From Lepidodermella squamata (lineage: Eukaryota > Animalia > Gastrotricha): a DNA stretch of 64,000 nt. The notes under the pieces were generated by a model, which searched no databases, was not told the origin of the DNA, and worked only from the letters and a program-made list of their open reading frames with translations. This document shows, one piece after another, positions 50,147 through 61,212 of the stretch. The DNA is taken from assembly GCA_047495785.1 (NCBI GenBank), contig JBLDXI010000029.1, positions 1,984,001 through 2,048,000 of the forward strand. The letters are read 5' to 3'. The position numbers were made by a program, and so were the translations under genes. Every line of letters starts with the position of its first letter. Within the stretch, counting starts at the first letter, position 1.

Positions 50147-51517
50147 TCAGCAACCGCCTCCTCCGCACTCTCCCCCTCCACAACCTCCTCCTCCGCCACA
50201 TCCGCCTCCTCCTCCACCACATCCGCCTCCTCCTCCGCCACATCCCCCTCCGATTTCCCTATTAATTGCCGCTTAAAAACAGAGAGACGAGTTAAAAACA
50301 CAAAAAAATTGAGCGATAGGAAATGATGACGTACCTTGAATTGCTCTTCGCCGAGCTATCTCCGCCCTCTCAAATTGGACTTCTGGGTCGGCCGCATAGG
50401 CAGCAGAAATGCAGCACATTATAGTTGAGTATCGCTTCGGTTTTCCGATCAGTTGTCGATTGCTGCATTTGCAACTCATCGTGAAGCAAATGATGATGTA
50501 GCTCAATGTCAGCAACGATTGAAGTGCGACGATCGCCCAGCCGATGGGCCAGGATATCAGATTATGTTCGAAGCATTGTCTCGTTAGAGTGTAGACAAGG
50601 CCGGCAAGAAATGGTACGTATAAAATGATCAGAAGAAAATCCTGTAACGAAATTAGCATTACATTTTATGGAAAGTATTGTACAAGTTCTACTGTTTCGG
50701 TCAGATAAAACAATACAGTGCAGCATCGTTACTACGAACTCCTATAATGCGAGTAAAAGTTCGTTTTGAAAGTTCGTTATAGCGATTCTGCACTGGATTT
50801 TGATCATAGCTCTCCTACCGAAATAATATCGTAAGCCCAGCTGTAGCAAGTTTCGACCAAAAGTTGCAGGAGCGCGGCTATGATGCCGAAGAAAGACGGC
50901 GTAATGACCCAGCCCGAGTATAGCCAATGCTGCCGTAGTCGATACACATCGCCAACTTTGACAACTTTGTCTTTATAAAGGCTTAGATCGACGATATAGG
51001 CTATCGCTAGAGCCAAGTATGCAATGTTGAGTATAAGTTGAAGCAATCTTGCGATGCCATAGCCTGATCGCAGTCTAATTGAAATTAAGCTTGGTTTAGG
51101 TTTGACATGCTCAACATCAATGGTGGGTGGTTGTGTGTAAATAGTAGGTCTTGCTATTACATAAACCGCCGGCTGATGAGCAACAGCTCGCCACTCATCA
51201 GCCGGCTGGGGATCGGGTGGAGAACCATAAACCGCTGGCCGATGGGTCGAGAACTGTTGGTCGCCGGGATAATATCGGCGAGCGTGTGGAGGATAATTGT
51301 GAACCGACCGATGAATGGCAAACTGTTGCTCATTGCCATTAATTTGGTGAGCAGATTGAGGACCATACACCGCTTGTCGATGGTTAGAGAACGGCTGGTC
51401 GCCGGAATGAAATCGGTGAGCCAGTGGTGGATAATTTTGAACCGGCCGATGAATTGCGAACTGTTGCTGGTTGCGATGAAATTGGTAAGCAGATTGAGAA
51501 GCAGCTTGAAGCTCCAT
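50147..51517 (-). CDS. Copy G19, intact; exons 51517-50819, 50641-50335, 50271-50147
   Basis: Open and canonically spliced; longest N-terminal repeat tract; Gly/Cys tail with six Cys ending GGGGC*. Confidence 0.85.
50716..50795. mobile_element. 80-bp Tc1/pogo-like mini-MITE in intron 1 (shared with G10 at ~19836-19920)
   Basis: ta|cagtgcagcatcgtta...tatagcgattctgcactg. Confidence 0.5.
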
Positions 51518-52979
51518 TGAACATTTTGTGTGAATTGGATACGTGGATTCGAGGCGCATTTAAAAGCTGATTTCATCATGGCTGACTCATTCCTGAGCGT
51601 CATCGCCCTCAGCTTGGTTTATTTTAATTTATTGCAGATTCGAGTGAAATTTTGGTCTTCACTCAAATCTGCATCTCTGTATGAGTCAAGACTGACTAAA
51701 TGCTTAAATCATTCAGTATATTTACCGATGGTTACCTGATTTGAATAGCACTCTTCGTACAGGATTTTAATGCTTGATTTTCATGTTCAGTACATTAGGA
51801 GAAAAAATCTTTTCACTTAGGTTTTGAACCGCCTTGACATCCGAAAGCGCAGCCAAATGGGCCAGGCTAAAAGTTTTGCTCTCCAACAGGCAATTAGGCC
51901 GAGATTGGACTTTGCAAACAGGATGCATGATGTATTTCGTCTTTCAAATACTTCTGGGGGCTTAACTTATACATGGAACGTAAGGAGGGATTGATGTATG
52001 AGCACGCAGAGCGCTATTACAACTATACCTATATCACGTTCGCTACATTGGCAACGAATGAGTACTGAGTCATTCATGACTCAAAGCCACACTTTTTCAG
52101 TACTATAGGCCACATAGCGCCTCCGGAGTTTTCAACAAATAATAAGCAGATGTAAATAGCGTTGCCACTTTTGGCACGAGATTTAGCTTTTTCCGACTTA
52201 AAGAGTCTAAATGGCTGCATGTCGTATTTTCTGAAATACTAACCCGGCTTGTGCAAAATTGAAGCTTCGAAAACTAGTAAAACTTAGGCTTCTATTCAAG
52301 ACCAGGCTTCTCGAGATAGGGCTATGCAACCCGGAAGCAGCCAAGTCAGTCTTTCAACACTCAGCAGTTTTGAAGCACGAAAACACGCATCCCGCCTGTA
52401 TAACGTCTGGGCCGATAGGACGATTTCGACCACTTAACCAAAATCAAGGCAGCGCTGTCGAAAGTTGACAAAATTATACACACTATAGTCATTGAGACTA
52501 TGCCGGACACTGTAGTATTTTTTGAATGACCGGATAATGAGATGAGGTTACCTTAATTTCAATTTGAAAAAAATCGGAATTTCACACCTCGGTTACCAAT
52601 TTTAAAATAGCCATATTTTCAAAACCGTGTAGGATAGCGGTCTGATTGTTTCAAATTCTTGTAGCCAACATCGATAAGGAGTATTGCTAGAAAGGGCGAT
52701 CAAAAATAAATCAAAATGAAATGTTGGTGCACTGTCGAAGTCAGAATTTCGAAATCGCCCTTATGGCCATTTTAGGGTTAATCTTTGACCCGCGCGCTGA
52801 TTGGTCAATTTTTTTGCTATGACTCCGGGATGAAACAATTTAGTAACCTTACCCTAGATGCGATCTGAGTTTTAAAAAATGGCAATTAGCGTTCTTTTTT
52901 CAACTTCAACTTCAAACGAAATTTCTGAGTAAATAATTGAACTTGAGACTTAAGTTTATTTATGAAGCATGAGAAGCAT

Positions 52980-53317
52980 CATTGTGGAACCACTGGTAAG
53001 TTGAACCTTGGCGCGCACGCTGATTGGTCAGTTTATCGTTGCTAATGACTCCGGAATGAAACATTTCCGTCGTGCGATCCACTAATAAATTATTTTATAT
53101 TTATGAAAAAAATGACCTTGCCACACCCTCTGCCCGGTTTCCATTGACCACGAGCGTAAACTCCATATTAATTGTGGTAAATTGCTGCGGCAAAAAACAC
53201 TTGTTGCAAAAAATCTTATGGATCGCACGACAGAACGTTTCATCCGGGAGTCATAGCAACGATCGATTGACCAATCAGCGTGCGCATTGGATTGGACTTT
53301 TAAGTGGTCACACAATG
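52980..53317. mobile_element. CMC/EnSpm-like MITE, complete copy
   Basis: AT|cattgtggaaccact...agtggtcacacaatg|AT. Confidence 0.8.
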
Positions 53318-53719
53318 ATCAAGTTATTTTTTCAAATAATGCCGATGGCGATGTGTTTTTCGCCTGATTTTTATTTTTTTACGGGGTTTCCCCCATCACA
53401 TAACAGCTAAATCGACATATGGGTACATGAGTACATCTTATTCATTTCGTTTCAATCAGGGCAGCACCGTTACCAATCGAGTTTCTTCAATTCGATTCAA
53501 TGATTTGCGGGCAGTATCAGGAATTCGATAAAAAACATTCCAACAACCATGTAGGTATAAACCAATCCTAAGAATTATGTTTGCAAATGATTCATGGATT
53601 TGGTAAAAAGCTGAGTCAAGGGTACGAATCGACGTACGGCTATTTCAACTTACAACCTCAAACATAAAACACAATGCCCGAGTAAATAATTGAACACAAG
53701 TTTAATATACAAATTATAC

Positions 53720-54330
53720 AGGGCGTTCACATGAATATACTCAGAATGAGCAAAAATAGCTATAAAAACCTTCTATGCATGCAACAAGTAGTCAAGCTTT
53801 TGCAGGGAGAGTATTGTTATGTATTATTATGTAGATGAAGGCATCATGGGTGACTCATTTCTGAGCGTAGCCTCCCTCCTGCTATTTCCTGAATCGGTTT
53901 ATTTGTATTTTTTGGAAATTTGGTTTAACTTTTAGTGGCAGACTTCTCTAGAAGCTGTGCATGAGTCAAGACTGACTAAATGCTCAATTCCTTTTATCAG
54001 GGCTGCAAAACATGCGGAGCTTTCTGCGCAGAAACTCCTATTTTCCTATGAAATACCCAATATCACAATTTCGTGGTGAAAATTGATAAAAGCAATCGAA
54101 GTCGAAAATCGCTAATCACCGATAATCGAAGTCGATCTGGAATATCAAAAAACTGATAGCGCCTTTGAATTCCCGTTGAATTCGGCTTAATTTCAAAAAT
54201 TTCCTGCGCTACCCATGCGCCATTTCTGCATGTTTTGCAGCCCTGCCTTTAATAAGCTTGAAAAATGAGGAACCGTTATTTCTCTAGAAATTATGACTTG
54301 AATCACATTCAACGATTTCCTTTGAAATGC
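53720..54330 (-). pseudogene. Orphan promoter/5' leader of the family without a CDS
   Basis: Colinear with 25790-26130 (G11 upstream), including the uORF at 53844-53858. Confidence 0.75.
53998..54245. mobile_element. hAT-type MITE inserted at the TATA position of the orphan promoter
   Basis: TIR cagggctgcaaaacatgc / gcatgttttgcagccctg; TSD ccttttat / cctttaat; empty site at ~26035. Confidence 0.85.
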
Positions 54331-55424
54331 TAAGATCTTCAAAATCGATGATTTTTCAATGCAAGCATAGAGCGAAGTAGGACCGCGGAACTGGTTGGGA
54401 TTACAAAAATCGGCATAAGGGTCAATGACTGAGCTTTGACTGAGCTCAACTTAGGGACCGATGGAACTGGCAAGGATGATCCCTACCATCCCTAACGGTA
54501 CTTCGCTCTCTGAATGCAAGTATGCGATCTCCCTCTCGTTAAAAAAGCGTGAGAAGTAAACAGGCAGGCTCGCCAATCCCCTGAAGCTGATGCAATTTTA
54601 CACTACGGAAGAACTGTAAATTTCCAATCTTGTATTATTGTCTATGACTATACCTATTATAGCACGTTCGCTACATTGACAAAGAATGAGAATGGCTTGA
54701 CTCAAAGCCACACTTCTTTAGTTAGCCACATAGCGCCTCCAAGGTTTTCAAGAAATAATAAGCTGTTGTAAATAGCGTTGCCACTTTTAGGTTTTTCCGA
54801 GTTAAGGAAATAGTCCAAATGACCTACAAAAAATATATTTTATTCGAAAAATGGAAGAATGATAAACCCCAAAGTAAGGGCAGCACAATGGCAATTAGGT
54901 ATATTCGGTTTCAGTTACTTCTTCAAACATGGCAACCATTTTTCGAAGTTCGACATCCAAAATGATGATGTATTTTTCTGAAAAACTGACTTCGTATGGT
55001 TCTAACGGTCGCCTGATTTACAGTCGACAATCTCGAAAATTTAAAATTCTGTATTGCATCATATAAGGAAAATCGACACAAGAGTCCCCCCTTTGGTCTT
55101 TGACTGAGTTCACCTTGCTAATAGATTGAACTGTTAGCGATGTGTTTTGCCGCTGTAATTTACTACGAATAATGTGGAGTTTACGCTCGAGGTCAATCGA
55201 AACTAGAAACCGTGCAGCTTCTTGCAAAGGGTGTGGCAAGGTCATTTTTTACATAAATATGAAAAAATTTATAAGTGAATCGTGCGACAAAATTGTTTCA
55301 TCCCTTAGTCATAGCAAGAATGAATAGATAAAAGTTTATTTTTTATGAAGCATGAGATAGCAAGTTATTTCATATTTTTCGCTTGCCTTGCTCGCTCGCA
55401 TTTTTCATCGCCGAAACCTCTTTT

Positions 55425-56648
55425 TTAGCAACCACCTCCGCAACCGCCCCCTCCGCATCCTCCTCCACCTCCGCATCCTCCTCCACCCCATCCCCCACCA
55501 CTTGCCGCTTAAAAAAAGAGAAATTGCGAGTGAAAACAAAAAAAGAGTGTTCAGTGATTCGAATATCAGACTTTCCTGATAGGATTTACCTTGCATTGCG
55601 CTTTGCCTATTGGCCGTCTCTACAATCTCCAGCTGAACTTCAGGGTCGGCCGCATAGGCAGCAGAGAGGCAGCACATGTAAACGGAGTAGTGATCCGGTT
55701 TGCCAACCAGTTGTCGATTGCTGCATTTGCAACACATCGTGAAGCAAACGATGAAGTAGCTGACCGTCAGCAACGACTGAACTGCCAATATTGCCCAGCC
55801 GATGGGCCAGGATATCAGATTATGTTTGAAGCATGGTCTCGTTAGAGTGTAGAGAAATCCGGCAAAGAACGATACGTAAAATATGGCCAGAAAGATATCC
55901 TGTAAAATATGGCCACAAAGTTTTTAAGAAAATCTCGTAGATAGTTTTCGCAATTCAATCATATATTCTGCATATGAAATCAGGTGTGAACAAATCCACA
56001 AAGGAACGGTATGAAATAATATGGTCAGGAGAATATCCTGGGACACATTATGTATATTAATTCCTAATTATTAACAGAAAAACATATATCTCTTACCGAA
56101 GCCCTATTGTAGGCCCAGCTGTAGCACCTTTTGACAAAAAGCTGCAGGACAGCGGTTAAAATCCCGAAGAAAGACGGCGTGATGATCCATCCTGAGTACG
56201 GCCAATTCTGCTGTAGCAAATTCAAAGCACCAACTTTGTCTTTATATAGGCTTAGATCGACGATATAGGCTATCGCTAGAGCCATGTATGCAATGTTGAG
56301 TATAAGTTGAAGCAGTCTTGCGATGCCATAGCCTGATTGCATTCTTATTGAAATTATGCTCGGTTTAGGTTTGACATGCTCAGAATTCATGACGGTTGGG
56401 TGTGCTTGAATGGTGGGCCCCGCTATGACATAAATCGCCGGTCGATGAGAAACAAACTTCTGCTCATTTTGTTGAACTTGGTTGGCTGGTCGAGAATCAT
56501 AAACCGCTGGCTGATGGGTAGAGAGCTGGTTGTCGGGTTGAAATTGGGTAGCGACTGGAGGATCATTATGAACCGGTTGATGAATTGCGAACGGAGGCTC
56601 ATTGCCATATAATTGGTGAGCAGATGGAGGAGCAGCTTTAAGCTCCAT
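55425..56648 (-). CDS. Copy G20, intact; exons 56648-56097, 55899-55590, 55507-55425
   Basis: Open and canonically spliced; tail AASGGGWGGGGCGGGGGCGGGGCGGGC*. Confidence 0.85.
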
Positions 56649-56905
56649 TCAAAATGTTGAATGAATTGGATATATGTGGATTCGAGGCGCATTTGAAAGC
56701 TTGAGGCATCATGGCTGATTCATTCCTGAGCGTGAACAACGTGTTTTCTGAGTCGGTTTGTTTAATATATTTTGTTGGAATTTCGGCTCAGCTTCCGGTA
56801 GTGGGTTTTATATACCTTAGAAGATACTCCGAGGAGCTATGCATTAGTCAAGACTGACAAAATGTGTAATTCCGCCTTCTATAGCATTTGTAATGACGAC
56901 TGGGA

Positions 56906-57200
56906 AGCTCATTGCCATTTAATTGGTGAGCAATTGGAGGAGCAGCTTGAAACGGCATGGAAAATGTTCAAATGAATTGGAAACGTGCAGTCGAGGCGCA
57001 TTGAAATAGCTGCATCATGACTGACTCATTCCTGAGCATAAAAAACGTTTTTTCTTAGTCGGTTCGTTTAAATTTTGTTGGAAATTTGGTTTAACTTTTC
57101 ATAGCGGATTTAATTTACCTTAATGGAAGCTACTCCGAAGAGATAAGCATGAGTGAAGACTGACTAAATGTTCAATTCTACCTTTTATAGCTGATGTAAT
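56906..57200 (-). pseudogene. 5' fragment G21: promoter, uORF and first ~17 codons (MPFQAAPPIAHQLNGNE)
   Basis: Tandem duplicate of the G20 upstream region, joined at the gggaagctc microhomology. Confidence 0.75.
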
Positions 57201-58629
57201 AACGACTGGGAAGCTCCATGACTCTTCACATTCACGAATTTCATCATGGTGGGTTACCTGAAATGCACTTTTACACGCAGGGATAGCTGTTTATTGGGAT
57301 AGTTATCTTAGAGGAGGTTCTACGCTTATATTTTTAAACGTCTTGAGACTCGAAAGCAGCTATTTATGTGGCCCATATATCAAGCCAGACTGAATATTAA
57401 TGTTTTGCCCTCAAAAGGCGCTTTTGCTAAACAATTGCACATTTCAATGTAACTTGCTGTAACTTATAGGTATGGTAAATGATATTTATTTATTTATTTT
57501 AATGCTGTTACGCGCCAGAGAGAGCAGCTAGGCGATGTTAGGGTAAACAACATATATGTAATTGCAAGACAGATTCAGTTAGGGCAGGAAAGGCATACTC
57601 GTCGTTTCGTTAGTAACAAGCGTCACTTATCTTGCGGTTGGTCACTCCTCGGTTTTGTGCAAAGCCATGATACCAACTAAGGCTACTTCTATAAGAAATG
57701 TCAGGCGAATCGTCGATAAAACTCGATTGCCTGCCTGGAGGCATCAGTCGATTGATATCATTCATCGACATATTCGACCTCGATGTGATCGGAAACATAG
57801 AAAGACATCTTCGAGTGGCTGTTGCAAGAAGTATCGCTGCAATGCGAAACAGGTTATTCATTTTCGTTTCTTGAGAACTATAAGCTATCGCTAGAAAATC
57901 AGCAGGTTATTTTAGAAGACATATAGCACGAGGTTTTTTCGGAATATCGAATATCAATTTAACAACGCCACTGGACCTACGAGCATACAAATTAGTGATC
58001 GACGTGATTTTATTCGCGAAAGTTCCGCGTAGTAATAAAGATGGTGATCGGATGGCTAAATATAACTTCTTCACGTGATATCGTTTTTCGTGCATTTTCT
58101 CACGGTTATGTTTGTTAGTATTTATTGCTAGTAATGTTTACGAATACCGCCTGCATTGGAGTTCATAGAACTGGTTTCAGATCTGCGTTTCAGATTCAGA
58201 CATCCTTCGCCTTACTGATCTGATTTCAAGGGGAATTCGAGACACATTTAAAATGAAATTATAGGCTTATTTTCCGATATCAAAGCTTAAAAATTGGCTA
58301 AAATCAGACTAGAAACAACTCTAGGAACTAGGAAACTATATACAGTCAGAGTATATCGATATACAGTCGATATAGTACACCTCGTTTTTGTACAATTTCC
58401 GCCAAGGTACAAAGTTTTCGCCGGTCCCGTGTACACATGAATATACGTGTTGCCGACCCGGTTTAGTACAATATTCGCTAAGGTACAACTTTTTTCAATA
58501 TCCCTTGAAATTGTACTATCGTGAGGTCTGACTGTACCAACTGAAAAAAGTAACAAGCTCTATGCCGATTTTATTTTGCAAATCAGCTGATTGAAGCTCA
58601 TCTAGCGAGTGTAGGAAAGTCACTTCGAA

Positions 58630-60687
58630 CTAATTTTTAGAGAATGATCCTCGCATTGTCTCATTAGCAAACTGCAGTGGTATCTGTATGTTTCTAACCG
58701 TAGCCATGTTAACAGCTGACACTCTAGCGAAAGGGAAGTTTAGAATCGATTCCGCGGCAGGAGCATCCTGCATTTTAATATAGAGCAGGCTGGAGACTCC
58801 ACTGGAAACAAGGAACATTCCAATGCTGATCGAAATCTCTAGCAAAGTCGATGTTTTTGCAACAAATATGAGTAGAACTACGGCAACGTAAATCGTGAAG
58901 ACCACTATAACAGCGATAAGGTATCGTTTAACCCAAGGGTACAAAATGAGCTGAGGGTTCGATTTTAGCTTGAAGACCTGGACTAGACCAATTAGAAGCA
59001 TACAGAAATTGAGGGTCAGAATTGTAATTATCCAAATGTTTTCCCATCTCGATCGACAAGCTGCTGAGTAGGTTTCGAAATAAGTGTCCACAGATTCATC
59101 ATAGTACCTTGATTTGGATTTATCGGTGACAACAGCCTGAAGTGGGTCTATTGCTGACCAGCAAATAACTATGACCAGATTCAATCCAGTGAATGTAGCT
59201 GATTTCATAGAAATCCGAAATTCCGGTAGAGACATTTCAGCGAAACAACTCAACTGCCCGCCAACAGATTTCCGGATCTTATTCCTCTTGAAAAAGTTCG
59301 CAAATGTAATCAACCTGAACGAGATAGTCGAGAATAAAAGAGACATTCCGATCGGAATGAAATAGGTGCTAGCTAGACAGCTAGGGGTTGTTCTGGAACT
59401 AGTAGTCGTGATAACTAAGAGCGAACTGATGTCCATGGCAGCGAAGCAAATCAGAAGCGAAATATGACGATGTGTTTCACTCTTCATCAACTTTCTTGAG
59501 ATAGCCATGCATTTGATTAGGAAAATCGCCATCACCACTGAAGCGAATGGAGCGAAAAATTCCAAAGGAACCCCGCCAATTATTGTCAGCTCCAAGCCTG
59601 CGTCCCTTGGCAAGGAACCGGGAGAAAAGGGTTCGTTCGCTCGAAGAAAGTAATTGACAGGGTCCATAGGATCACTTGCGTTATCCTTCAGAGTTATCAA
59701 GTACTTTGCGCGGAGAGATTTGGTTTCCGAGCTCCACGCAGCAACAACTTGAGGCTCGAAGTCCACCTCAAGCCTTTCTGAGTAACGAAACGGGCCAAGC
59801 CTCAGACTGTTGATCTTGATGTTACGAGCAGTGTCATTCGCGACTAACATCACCTTCCTGGGTTCATGTCGATAGCTAAGCAGGCTCAAATTCTGCGTCT
59901 TCAGCTGAAGATCGGTTTTGTGTAGAATCATTATCCCAAGCAAAGCGACGTCATAGGCTAAGTACCTGTAAGAAATGTCAGGGGTGCGGATTGAGTTGTT
60001 GGTATAGGTTGAGAACGCTCTGTCGAATTCTGGTATGGTGAATCCCAACTCATCTCTCCCACCTTGCGGAACCATTACAGGAACAGGAGTGCTGATGTAT
60101 AAGGTGATTTCCAATTGCTCCATGTAATTCTGTTTGCTGCAACCTCGAGGAAATGCAGAATCAGGAAAGAGCATAGGATCCACAAATGAGGACAATTGAG
60201 TGATGAAGATATATTTAGACCCGCGCAGTCCAACTTCGTAAGTATGGCAAAGAAATCGAAGCATAAAATCGAAGTATGCCGCCTCAACCATAATTATTCT
60301 GACGTCAGAACGTTTTAGCTCTAAAAGAAACTCGTCGTTCAAATCGTAGTTTGCCTCGAAATAGGCGATATTGAACCCTGAATTTGAGGCAAGGGAATAA
60401 AACAAGCTTGAAGAGTCGTATCCAAAAGTGGTTGTTTCATCAGCCGCCGCCAGTATTCCTATTTTGACCCATTTCGGAATTTTTGCCATGAATAGCATGC
60501 GAGCGGGTAGAGATATCCCATATGGTGACCGAACCCTATACAAGTTTGGATACTTATCCCGTCTAGCTGTTTGGCTGGTTGAAATGCAACTCAAAGCGAC
60601 TGTAACCATGTTCATATGATGGACAGTGGACCCCCTGCAAATCAAGCAGGGAAAAATGAATAAATTGACTGCGAAAAATGGTTTCAT
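58630..60687 (-). CDS. Class C GPCR, GABA-B-receptor-like (Venus-flytrap/ANF-receptor domain + 7TM); 5' end uncertain
   Basis: RRDKYPNLYRV, DVRIIMV, FLCHTYEVGLRGSKYIFI and YLAYD motifs; seven hydrophobic segments including VICWSAIDPL; no Cys-rich domain between the VFT and 7TM, as in GABA-B receptors. Confidence 0.85.
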   Translation of the reverse strand: MKPFFAVNLFIFPCLICRGSTVHHMNMVTVALSCISTSQTARRDKYPNLYRVRSPYGISLPARMLFMAKIPKWVKIGILAAADETTTFGYDSSSLFYSLASNSGFNIAYFEANYDLNDEFLLELKRSDVRIIMVEAAYFDFMLRFLCHTYEVGLRGSKYIFITQLSSFVDPMLFPDSAFPRGCSKQNYMEQLEITLYISTPVPVMVPQGGRDELGFTIPEFDRAFSTYTNNSIRTPDISYRYLAYDVALLGIMILHKTDLQLKTQNLSLLSYRHEPRKVMLVANDTARNIKINSLRLGPFRYSERLEVDFEPQVVAAWSSETKSLRAKYLITLKDNASDPMDPVNYFLRANEPFSPGSLPRDAGLELTIIGGVPLEFFAPFASVVMAIFLIKCMAISRKLMKSETHRHISLLICFAAMDISSLLVITTTSSRTTPSCLASTYFIPIGMSLLFSTISFRLITFANFFKRNKIRKSVGGQLSCFAEMSLPEFRISMKSATFTGLNLVIVICWSAIDPLQAVVTDKSKSRYYDESVDTYFETYSAACRSRWENIWIITILTLNFCMLLIGLVQVFKLKSNPQLILYPWVKRYLIAVIVVFTIYVAVVLLIFVAKTSTLLEISISIGMFLVSSGVSSLLYIKMQDAPAAESILNFPFARVSAVNMATVRNIQIPLQFANETMRGSFSKN

Positions 60688-61132
60688 CGATCTTGACTTT
60701 TTCAGATTTGCTAATGCAGCTGCTATCCCGATGAACAGGTTTTTATAGATGGCATAGTGCAATCAATACTGCTGATTAATTTCATTTTCAATCGATCTAT
60801 CCAAGGGCGGTATCCAGCTGGAACAGAGACGTGACTTTGGGCATCAATTCATGTATATAGCTGTGATGATTTGCTCATTAATACTTGTGGAGTGCTCGGA
60901 ACATTGAACTGGAAATTTTATTGCCTCAACGTAATTACTGATTGCCTGAGTTGAGGATTTGAGACTATTTTGCTTGAAAGCTTAAAATTCCTTCGACAAT
61001 GTGCGTTGGTTTCAAAAGCCGGACAATTTGAAAGACGAGCTTGTGGCGCAATTCGTCACGAAGATCTGCTGGATTCAAAATATGCTGATGTGCTCCGGAG
61101 CATATGACATTGGATTACTATGTTTGGATTAC

Positions 61133-61212
61133 ATGTTTGGTTTATACTTATTTCGACAACAAACTTCAAACTACAAGAAAGAAACGCTCGGAAATAAGTA
61201 TAAACCAAACAT
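61133..61212. repeat. Perfect 22-bp inverted repeat with 36-nt spacer
   Basis: atgtttggtttatacttatttc / gaaataagtataaaccaaacat. Confidence 0.85.

Noticed and set aside
51518-51545. Possible tiny intron joining the upstream ORF to the main CDS
   Set aside because: The GT is not conserved in paralogs (G9, G20).
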